Assembly (NCBI GenBank): GCA_038217285.1
Contig: JBBQPO010000194.1
Location: 1-11,853, forward strand
Reading direction: 5' to 3'
Source: Chthonomonadales bacterium
GTDB taxonomy: Bacteria > Armatimonadota > Chthonomonadetes > Chthonomonadales > Chthonomonadaceae
Length of the DNA stretch: 11,853 nt
Shown: one piece after another, positions 1-9,072 of the stretch
How the letters are laid out: each line of letters opens with the position of its first letter
Numbering within the stretch: position 1 is the stretch's first letter
Made by a program: the position numbers and the translations under genes
The notes under the pieces: model-generated
Seen by the model: only the letters and a program-made list of their open reading frames with translations
Databases searched by the model: none
What the model was told of the DNA's origin: nothing

Positions 1-295
1 TTGTCGCGCTTGTAAGCCTCACACGCTTTGCTGATAGCGCGTATCGCCATCTGAGAGGAAATCCTCCGAACACAGGAGGATTTGGAGTGCGCCTCTGGCG
101 CTTCCTCTTCCGTTTGCACTCCTCGCGCAGGCGTGTGTAGACAAAGGGCTGGAGGGCGATCTTGTTGGCGGAATGCTTCTGGAAGGCAACTTCCGCCACA
201 TAATCGCAACCTGCGTTGAACGCTTCCATCGTCTCAAGGAGAGCATGGAACTGTTCGGGTGTCGTTTCCAGTGTGAGCGCGATTGTCTGCTTCAT
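1..295 (-). pseudogene. tnpB: RNA-guided nuclease TnpB (IS200/IS605 family, IS1341-like with no tnpA), 5' part; runs off the window; frameshifted by a 50-bp insert at 62-111
   Basis: ATG at 295 reads MKQTIALTLETTPEQFHALLETMEAFNAGCDYVAEVAFQKHSANKIALQPFVYTRLREECK. After removing 62-111 it continues in frame as LSSQMAIRAISKACEAYKRD, matching the typical TnpB N-terminus (MKxTxxxKLxPTxEQxxxLxxTMExFNxACxY...LRExFGLSxQMAIRAIxKVxEAYKRD). An IS605-type end hairpin lies upstream. Not in the ORF track. Confidence 0.85.
62..111. repeat. 50-bp structured insertion (REP-like double hairpin) inside tnpB
   Basis: Exact removal restores the TnpB frame (AAA C|TT TCC). Contains hairpin AAATCCTCC-7nt-GGAGGATTT (59-83, whose AAA comes from the flank) and GGAG-T-GCGCC-TCT-GGCGC (84-101). 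Confidence 0.7.
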
Positions 296-301
296 ATCTC
301 T

Positions 302-310
302 ATTCTACCA
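302..310 (-). promoter_or_regulatory. Extended -10 promoter (TGgTAGAAT) for tnpB, probably giving a leaderless transcript
   Basis: Minus strand TGGTAGAAT-AGAGAT-ATG: 6 nt between the -10 and the start codon, no Shine-Dalgarno, AT-rich upstream. Confidence 0.55.
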
Positions 311-380
311 TAAAACGTAGTGTAATTAAATCAATGTAAGCGGTTATTTTCGGAAGCGTTGAACTCTCCTGCGGAGGGCA

Positions 381-436
381 AGGATACCATTCCTCCTCTG
401 CCTAAAGGCAAGGGGCCTCCTGGTATGAATCTGTGA
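381..436 (-). mobile_element. IS200/IS605 left end (subterminal hairpin) of the tnpB element, with putative target motif TCAC
   Basis: Minus strand TCAC|AGATTCATACCAGGAGGCCCCTTGCCTTTAGGCAGAGGAGGAATGGTATCCT: imperfect hairpin of the IS605-end type, about 90-140 bp upstream of tnpB. The exact boundary is inferred by comparison with the copy at 922-981. Confidence 0.75.
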
Positions 437-444
437 TACACTGG

Positions 445-514
445 CCCAATCCGTATACCGGATTGGGAATATTGCCTCCCTACGCGCCTTCCACTGGAGA
501 CGATTCTCGTCTCC
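445..514. terminator. Two perfect hairpins downstream of the acyl-CoA ligase remnant (possible terminators)
   Basis: CCCAATCCG-tatac-CGGATTGGG (445-467) and GGAGACGA-ttc-TCGTCTCC (496-514); no clear U-tract. Confidence 0.4.
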
Positions 515-529
515 TCACTCGTTCGAAAG

Positions 530-710
530 TTACATCAGGGCGCTGCGCAGGGACTTCTTGTCCAGTTTGCCGACGCTGGTTTTGGGCAGGAAACCGACGC
601 AGTGGATGTCCGAAAGCCGGGGCAACTGCCAGCGGGCAAAGCGGGAGCTCAGCACACCGAGGAGCTCCTGCAGGGAGAGGATTTGCTGCGGATAGCGTAG
701 GAATACATAG
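530..710 (-). pseudogene. 3' remnant of a long-chain fatty acid-CoA ligase (AMP-binding C-terminal domain)
   Basis: YVFLRYPQQILSLQELLGVLSSRFARWQLPRLSDIHCVGFLPKTSVGKLDKKSLRSALM* contains the FAxWQLP and LPKTSVGKLDKKxLR (A10 catalytic Lys) motifs. Similarity stops at an IS605-type hairpin near 711. Confidence 0.8.
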
Positions 711-750
711 GTTCTATACCCAAGCCTAACGGCACGAGAGCCTTCCGACG
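711..750 (-). mobile_element. Degenerate IS200/IS605-type end hairpin (right end of a miniature element, or a third left end)
   Basis: Minus strand GAAGGCTCTCGTGCC-GTTA-GGCTTGGGTATAGAAC shares the TGCC-nTnA-GGC core and orientation with the hairpins at 381-436 and 922-981. Confidence 0.45.
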
Positions 751-921
751 GTTTTACGAAGCAAGATGGCATCGTTTGCTTCAACTTTGAACCGATGTTC
801 TCGAACCGTCACTACCCTATCATTACACCGCGTTCCGGAGAAGCGGAAACCCCGCACAAAACTATTCAGAAAGGAAGTCAAGGACTTGCAAAGCCTGGTC
901 CTGAAAGCCCGGTTTCGCAAC

Positions 922-981
922 AGGATAGCAATTCCTCCCATGCCTGAAGGCAATGGGTCTCCTTGCAAATGTTGTCTATGA
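922..981 (-). mobile_element. Second IS200/IS605 left end, putative target motif TCAT, with no intact tnp gene behind it
   Basis: Plus strand AGGATAGCAATTCCTCCCATGCCTGAAGGCAATGGGTCTCCTTGC...TCTATGA aligns with AGGATACCATTCCTCCTCTGCCTAAAGGCAAGGGGCCTCCTGGT...TCTGTGA at 381-436. Confidence 0.7.
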
Positions 982-2195
982 AAGCCTTGCCTTTGGCCGT
1001 AACGCTCGTCCTGATGAGCCTGCTGCCCCTTTATCCCGTTGCTGCTGCCGCCCCGGAAACGATCCCGTGGGACATGAAGGCGCTCTCGCAGACTCCCCAT
1101 TTCACGGACGCCCCCACCTACAGCAAAGACGAAGTGAAAGCCATTTTTTACGACGGCGTTCCCTGGAAAGGCCAGACCACGCGGGTGTTCGCCTACTACG
1201 GCGTGCCCAAAACCCAACCGGGAAAGCGCGTACCGGCGATGGTGTTGGTGCATGGGGGCGGCGGATCGGCTTTCATTCCCTGGGTCAAACTCTGGGTGTC
1301 GCGAGGCTATGCCGCGATCTCCATGGACACCTGCGGCTCTACCAATGATGGCGGCTACAAAGATCATCCGCGTGATCCGCAGGGCGGGCCGCCGGGATGG
1401 GGCGGCTTCGATCAGATCGATCAGCCCGTGACGGACCAGTGGACCTATCACGCCGTCGCCGATGTGATCCTGGCGCACTCCCTCCTCCGATCGTTCCCTG
1501 AGGTCGATCCGCAGAAGATCGGCATCACGGGCGTCTCCTGGGGCGGCTACCTCACCTGCATCGTAGCCGGGGTGGACAACCGCTTCAAGTTCGCGGCGCC
1601 TGTCTACGGCTGCGGTTTTTTGGGCGAAGATTCAGTCTGGCTGCCTGACTTTCAGCGGATGGGGCCGGAAAAGGCAGCGAAGTGGCTGGGCCTTTGGGAC
1701 CCCTCCGTCTACCTCGCCAAGGCCCGCATGCCGATGCTGTGGGTCGATGGCACCAACGACTTCGCCTATCCCCCGGATTCGCTTCAGAAGTCGTATCGCC
1801 TGCCGACAGGGGCGCGTACGCTCTGCATGCGCGTTCGCATGGCGCACTCGCATGGAGGGCCTGGCGAAAACCCGGAGGAGATCCACGCAATGGCGGACGC
1901 CCTCCTACGCGGACAACCTTCCCTGGCCCGGATCACAAAGTCCGGTCGGGAGGGGACGACCGTCTGGGCGACCTATACCTCCTCCACCCCCATCGCCGGG
2001 GCCGAGTTGAACTACACCACCGATAGCGGCGAGTGGCAGAAACGCAACTGGCAGACCCTGCCCGCCACGCTGGATGCCGCCCAGGCGCGTATCTCGGCCG
2101 ATCTTCCAGCGGGCGTCACCGCCTACTATCTCAACCTGACCGATGTGCGGAACCTTGTCGTCAGCACCGAGCATGAGACCCTGACGCCCCGTTAG
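978..2195 (+). CDS. Secreted alpha/beta hydrolase (acetyl xylan esterase / peptidase S9-like)
   Basis: 405 aa from ATG 978. Sec-type signal MKALPLAVTLVLMSLLPLYPVAAAA; oxyanion LVHGGGG; nucleophile GVSWGG; acid GTND; His in MAHSH. Confidence 0.88.
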   Translation: MKALPLAVTLVLMSLLPLYPVAAAAPETIPWDMKALSQTPHFTDAPTYSKDEVKAIFYDGVPWKGQTTRVFAYYGVPKTQPGKRVPAMVLVHGGGGSAFIPWVKLWVSRGYAAISMDTCGSTNDGGYKDHPRDPQGGPPGWGGFDQIDQPVTDQWTYHAVADVILAHSLLRSFPEVDPQKIGITGVSWGGYLTCIVAGVDNRFKFAAPVYGCGFLGEDSVWLPDFQRMGPEKAAKWLGLWDPSVYLAKARMPMLWVDGTNDFAYPPDSLQKSYRLPTGARTLCMRVRMAHSHGGPGENPEEIHAMADALLRGQPSLARITKSGREGTTVWATYTSSTPIAGAELNYTTDSGEWQKRNWQTLPATLDAAQARISADLPAGVTAYYLNLTDVRNLVVSTEHETLTPR

Positions 2196-2288
2196 CCCCC
2201 TCCGGAAGGAGCCGTGTGCGTGTCAACCGGAATCCACGGCGCCAGGTTATAGACCGCAGGGCCTATTTCAAGCCGCCGAGGATTCCGT

Positions 2289-3188
2289 CTACTTCTCCTT
2301 GAGATTCTTGGCGAAGAAGTCGAGCGTCCGTTTCCAGGCGAGCTTGGCGGCCGCGGCGTCGTAGCGCGGTGTGGTGTCGTTGTGAAAGCCATGATTGACG
2401 TTTTCATAGATAAAGGCTTCGTACTTGACGTGATTGGCTTTCAGCGCCTCCTCGAAGGCAGGCCACCCGGCGTCGATGCGGGTATCGAGCCCTGCGTACT
2501 GCAGCATCAACGGGGCCTTGATCTTGGGTACGTCTTCGGCTTTGGGTTGTGAGCCGTAGAAGGGAACGCCTGCGGCCAGATCGGCGCCGAGATGGACGGC
2601 CAGCATATTGACGATCCCGCCGCCAAAACAGAAGCCGACCGCCCCGATCTTCCCGGTACAGTCGGGACGCGCTTTCAGCCACTTCGCCGCTGCGATGAAG
2701 TCCTCAGACATCTTCGGTTTGTCCACCGTTTGGAAGAGCGCACCGCCTTTTTCGTCGTCGCCGGGGTAACCTCCGACGGAGGTGAGGCCGTCCGGTGCAA
2801 ACGCGACGTAGCCCTCGGTCCCCAGCCGTCGCGCGACGTCCTCGATATAGGGATTGAGCCCGCGGTTCTCATGGATGACAAGCACACCGGGAAGTTTATG
2901 CTCCGTTTTCTGGACAGGATGCACGAGATAGCCTTTGATCTCGGTGTTGCCTCTCGGCGACGAAACGGTGACGACCTCGCTCTTGATGCGGCTGTCGTCT
3001 TTGGGAACCTGCTGCGCCCAGGCGTAGTTGGGACGCAGGCTCTCAAAGAGCGCCATGGCGGTCACGCCTCCGACGGCGAACTTCTGCGCGGCGGCGAGGA
3101 ATTCGCGGCGATCCATCCCTCCATGCACATAGATGTCGAAAAGGTTGAGAAGCTCTTGCGGGTAGTCGTTGGCGGTTTTGCGTTCCAT
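2289..3188 (-). CDS. yghX: Dienelactone hydrolase family protein, YghX-like
   Basis: 299 aa. N-terminus LFDIYVHGGMDRREFL; catalytic motifs IHENRGLNP, GFCFGG (Cys nucleophile), DTRI, HGFHNDTTPRYD; GGAG RBS upstream. Confidence 0.92.
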   Translation of the reverse strand: MERKTANDYPQELLNLFDIYVHGGMDRREFLAAAQKFAVGGVTAMALFESLRPNYAWAQQVPKDDSRIKSEVVTVSSPRGNTEIKGYLVHPVQKTEHKLPGVLVIHENRGLNPYIEDVARRLGTEGYVAFAPDGLTSVGGYPGDDEKGGALFQTVDKPKMSEDFIAAAKWLKARPDCTGKIGAVGFCFGGGIVNMLAVHLGADLAAGVPFYGSQPKAEDVPKIKAPLMLQYAGLDTRIDAGWPAFEEALKANHVKYEAFIYENVNHGFHNDTTPRYDAAAAKLAWKRTLDFFAKNLKEK

Positions 3189-3316
3189 AGTCCGTGTCTC
3201 CCTGAAATCTGAATTTGATTCTCTCGAAGGCGGGCCTGCCGGTGCGAAGGCTCTCTTCCGGCTCCGGCATAGGTGATGCTAACATAATACCCGCTGTCCG
3301 GTCTATCCGATAAACG

Positions 3317-3364
3317 AGGCCGAAAGTAGCCGACCCGCAGAAACGAGTCAGTCACTTTCGGCCT
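3317..3364 (-). terminator. Long hairpin downstream of tyrosinase (probable terminator)
   Basis: AGGCCGAAAGT / ACTTTCGGCCT outer stem plus an inner stem that pairs via G-U only on the minus-strand RNA; followed by CGTTTAT. Confidence 0.6.
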
Positions 3365-3388
3365 TGGAGAGCATACGCAGACGCCTTC

Positions 3389-4333
3389 CTACAGTGCCAG
3401 AGAGTCGTAGGTGTAGCCCAGGGCAGCGATGTTAAGCAGGTTTGCGTAGGATTCCGGCCACGGGTCCATGATCAGATCAGCGCCGGTGAGGGCGGGGGCC
3501 GGAGTGGGGTGCGCCTGTCGCCAGATGTGCCACAACCGGTCGATCTCGGCATGGTGCATCCAGAAGATAGGATCGGTGGGCGAGGTGCTCGTATTGTTCA
3601 TGATGCCGCCGACCCACGAGTGACCGTGATTGTGCGCGAACAGCGTCGTTCCGTCGGGTCGCAAGCCCCACCCTTCGATGCCGTAGGTGAATTTCGTATA
3701 GTCGTTCTCACCGGGCACATGGGTCGTCTGGACGGAGAAATGGTTGATGATGTCGTCGATGTCGACCGCACTGGGTTTGGCGGGTGGCGCGGCATTCTTG
3801 CGTTTGGGCGGCTTTTTGCCGGAGACAGGGTCTTTCGCAGGCAGAAAACCGGCGAGCCAGGCAGGGAACGGATCTTCCCAGCGCCAGTAAGGAACGCTCA
3901 GCTTGTCGGTCGCCGTGGGACGAAGAATGGCATCGACCCGCTGCAGTTCCCGCTCGAATGCCACGACAAAGCGCCGGTGCCAGGGCAGGAAGCGGTAGAG
4001 CCCGCGCGTGCCCATGCTGCCGTGCATGTTGTGGGACATATCCATGTGGTCCTGGATCAGGGTGAGGTATCCGCCGTCGGCGACCAGCTTGACGACCGCG
4101 TTCTTGAACGTCGTCTGCTCTGCGACCGAGAGGGTGGCCTGATTCTTGCGCGTCACGGTCGCGACGGCAGGGAGCGGCGCCGCAAGCGGCGCGTGGAGTA
4201 CGCGACCTGCGGCGGGAAGCACCATCGCGGACTGATCCAGCATCCCCAGCATGTCGTGCGGGAATCCCTGGGCGATGACCTGGTCGAATGTCTGCGGGTG
4301 TAAATGTCCGCCGGAGCCCTGTGAACGGTTCAT
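3389..4333 (-). CDS. Tyrosinase (type-3 binuclear copper protein)
   Basis: 314 aa. VTRKNQATLS start of the domain; CuA His in HMDMSHNMHG and FLPWHRRF; PYWRW; CuB HNHGH and SPTDPIFWMHHAEIDRLW; AGGAG RBS. Confidence 0.93.
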   Translation of the reverse strand: MNRSQGSGGHLHPQTFDQVIAQGFPHDMLGMLDQSAMVLPAAGRVLHAPLAAPLPAVATVTRKNQATLSVAEQTTFKNAVVKLVADGGYLTLIQDHMDMSHNMHGSMGTRGLYRFLPWHRRFVVAFERELQRVDAILRPTATDKLSVPYWRWEDPFPAWLAGFLPAKDPVSGKKPPKRKNAAPPAKPSAVDIDDIINHFSVQTTHVPGENDYTKFTYGIEGWGLRPDGTTLFAHNHGHSWVGGIMNNTSTSPTDPIFWMHHAEIDRLWHIWRQAHPTPAPALTGADLIMDPWPESYANLLNIAALGYTYDSLAL

Positions 4334-4447
4334 ACGGTTTCTCCTAATTCAGCGATGAAGAGATGCTCACGACTCGACAGGAGAGAAGTCCCGGCTTTCA
4401 CGCCCCGGGAATTGTCACACGTGTATCCACCTGCAAAGTATATAAAC

Positions 4448-4475
4448 ATTATACACAACTTTTACGTTTTGTCAA
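4448..4475 (-). promoter_or_regulatory. Sigma70 promoter for tyrosinase
   Basis: Consensus hexamers TTGACA (4475-4470), 16-nt spacer, TATAAT (4453-4448). Confidence 0.8.
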
Positions 4476-4509
4476 GACATTCCGGTGATACAGATCTTTC
4501 CGAGCGCCG

Positions 4510-5259
4510 TTACCTGTCGGAGGCGGGCTGCACGACATCGGGACGGCTGCCGACGCAGGGCGGCGCGAGAATGCGGCACTGCTGGTCGGTCAGGCCTGCA
4601 TAGTCGTCGGGAGAGTAGTAGTTTTGGGACCAGGCGGAGTGCCCTGGGCTGAACTTATACAGCAGAGCGCGGCGCTCGTGTGCGGCTTTCCACGGGTGCG
4701 TGCCGTGTACCAGCGCTTCCGTGAAGATCAGGGCATCCCCCGCTTCCACCGCCGGCTGCACGACATAGGGCGCCGCTCGCTCGTACCGCAGGACTTCGTG
4801 CGGAATCGAATCGATGAAGTTGGATTTGTGGGTGCCGGGAATGCAGACGAAGCCGCCGTCGCCCTGTGCCGCTGAAGCCAGAAAATAGGTGACGACGCAC
4901 AGCCCGTTCTTCATCTGCCCGTCCCGATACTTGTACCAGTGATCGCCCTCATGGCCCTCGCCGCCGTGCAGATGGCCGCCCGGCGCTCCCGGTTCCATGA
5001 AGATGCAGTAGTCATGATCGAGCCGAAATTTCGGGTCGATGAGCGTAAGCAGATAGGGCAGAATGCGCGGATGATCCATCAGCGCCTGCGTTTCCGGCCC
5101 CCAGTTCGACACCCGTTTGCGCCGATCTGGCTTGCCGGGGATAGACGGATACTTCGCTTCCGCCAGAGCGTTCAAACCGGCGACTTCCTGCGTGCTCAGC
5201 ACGTTTTTGATAACGAGATAACCCTGCAAGTCGAAGAGAAACTTTTCTTCAGGCGTCAT
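4510..5259 (-). CDS. Phytanoyl-CoA dioxygenase (PhyH) family Fe(II)/2-oxoglutarate oxygenase
   Basis: 249 aa. FDLQGYLVIKNVLS, GGFVCIPGTHK, AGDALIFTEALVHGT, RRALLYKF; first metal motif is LHGG. Confidence 0.9.
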   Translation of the reverse strand: MTPEEKFLFDLQGYLVIKNVLSTQEVAGLNALAEAKYPSIPGKPDRRKRVSNWGPETQALMDHPRILPYLLTLIDPKFRLDHDYCIFMEPGAPGGHLHGGEGHEGDHWYKYRDGQMKNGLCVVTYFLASAAQGDGGFVCIPGTHKSNFIDSIPHEVLRYERAAPYVVQPAVEAGDALIFTEALVHGTHPWKAAHERRALLYKFSPGHSAWSQNYYSPDDYAGLTDQQCRILAPPCVGSRPDVVQPASDR

Positions 5260-5375
5260 GGAATTCGGCCATCCTTCCTGTCGTATAGGAGTTCAGAGGT
5301 TCGATTCGCTCTTCGAACAGAGAATTCCTTTTTGGGATAGAGAAGAGAGATTTTTCAAAAAACGTCTCCATGAAG

Positions 5376-5417
5376 AAAAGGTGGTGACTTCAATGCGGTT
5401 TGAAGTCACCACCTTTT
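5376..5417. terminator. Intrinsic (bidirectional-type) terminator after katG
   Basis: Perfect 18-bp inverted repeat AAAAGGTGGTGACTTCAA-tgcggt-TTGAAGTCACCACCTTTT, with T-runs on both strands. Confidence 0.8.
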
Positions 5418-5469
5418 TCAGAGTAGCCGGAATAGCCCGGAGACAGAAGAGAAACAGCGGAGGATTGGA

Positions 5470-8026
<2,557 letters not shown>

Positions 8027-8061
8027 TGTGTCCTCTCGTTCGGACAATACCGAGCAGTGAG

Positions 8062-8090
8062 ATTGTACCGCGTTGTTTGGAATAAGTCAA
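8062..8090 (-). promoter_or_regulatory. Sigma70 promoter of the furA-katG operon, with a candidate Fur-family operator over the -35
   Basis: TTGACT (8090-8085), 17 nt, TACAAT (8067-8062). The imperfect palindrome TTGACTTATTCCAA overlaps the -35. Confidence 0.75.
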
Positions 8091-8180
8091 TAGATGTTAT
8101 AGGTCCATATCTTGATCAAGTCTGTTTCCGTACTGAATCGGCTGTTATCCTGGACACTCTGTGGACCCAAAAACGACAAG

Positions 8181-8225
8181 TTCCGCTTTAGATTGCCCCT
8201 TAGCAAGGGTCGATCTAAAGCGGAA
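8181..8225. repeat. 45-bp palindrome
   Basis: TTCCGCTTTAGAT / ATCTAAAGCGGAA (13-bp perfect) plus inner CCCTT-agc-AAGGG. Confidence 0.7.
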
Positions 8226-8485
8226 TTATCCGATACAACTTTGGAGATGTAACTATAGAGCGTGCGCCTGGCTTAGAGTTCACGTCTGGAAACAAGCAGG
8301 AATTCGCCGAACGCTTAGCCAATCTTTTCTTTCGTAGTATTGTCCTGCTCCGACTGGCGCGAATGCTGAAGGAGACGATACACGTCGGTGATGTGGGGCT
8401 GCACGGGAATCGTTCGGGCAGGCTGAACAACGCCGCCGACACACTTCATGCGACGCAGTGGGAGGGATTCAAATATGCTGCCTGA
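8219..8485 (+). pseudogene. Headless reading frame, probable 3' end of a truncated gene
   Basis: Stop-free from the palindrome to TGA 8483-8485 (SGIIRYNFGDVTIERAPGLEFTSGNKQEFAERLANLFFRSIVLLRLARML...WEGFKYAA*). Its end overlaps the next start codon, as in an operon. No family recognised. Confidence 0.35.
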
Positions 8486-8708
8486 ACCTGTCAACGACCC
8501 CAACAATCCCATCCTCTCCCGTGAGCTCTATGAGCACATACTCCGCGGCGCAGCCATACCGGTGCTCCTCTTTTTGATCTGGCTCAGCTGGTTTCTCATC
8601 AATCGTCTGATGAGTCCAGAGCGGAGGCAGGAACGCCGTAATCGTGAGATTCGGAAAGCGACGGCCGAACGCAAGGCACAGCGGGAACAGGACGCCAAGC
8701 CTCTCTGA
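8475..8708 (+). CDS. Small single-pass membrane protein (77 aa), unknown function
   Basis: GGAGG RBS before ATG 8475; hydrophobic segment AAIPVLLFLIWLSWFLI followed by a charged helical tail. Confidence 0.65.
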   Translation: MLPEPVNDPNNPILSRELYEHILRGAAIPVLLFLIWLSWFLINRLMSPERRQERRNREIRKATAERKAQREQDAKPL

Positions 8709-8738
8709 ATTTTTGGGTGGAGGGAAGGGAACCTACGG

Positions 8739-9045
8739 ATGCTTACCCGCTGAGACTTCCTTTCCTCATCGGCGGTGGCGACTACCCGGACGGGGCCTGC
8801 CTGAATCTGGTACTCGACGGCAAAACGACACGAACCGTGTCCGTGATGCAGTCCGCCCGATTACGCATCAAGAGTGGGCGGCCTTTCACGAGACGCATCC
8901 CTATATTCTCAAGTCCGCCCGAAATGCCGTGGCCCAGTTCGATAAAGAGGATGCTGCCCGACCGGCATGCCCCTGGCCGGGGCTTTCCCTACAGTCTCTT
9001 GCGTTGTCATCCTGGGGAGTTCAGGGCAATGCCCTGAAGGTGTAG
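8739..9045 (+). pseudogene. Possible decayed Tat-exported protein
   Basis: Purine-rich RBS, then ATG CTT ACC CGC TGA GAC TTC CTT = MLTR*DFLSSSAVA (TRRDFL if TGA was CGA). Protein-like text in another frame follows (ITHQEWAAFHETHPYILKSARNAVAQFDKED). Confidence 0.35.
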
Positions 9046-9072
9046 AGGCGGCCTGCCACCTCATCGTGATAT

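Noticed and set aside
19-246. Listed 75-aa ORF
   Set aside because: Alternate frame of tnpB.
711-784. MKQTM start of ORF 530..784 resembling the tnpB start MKQTI
   Set aside because: TTG start without RBS, and similarity ends after four residues; only the C-terminal ligase part of this ORF is meaningful.
2737-2747. GAGCGCACCGC in yghX matches the first 11 nt of the 32-bp spacer-like segment
   Set aside because: Too short; the match does not extend and is plausible by chance in GC-rich DNA.
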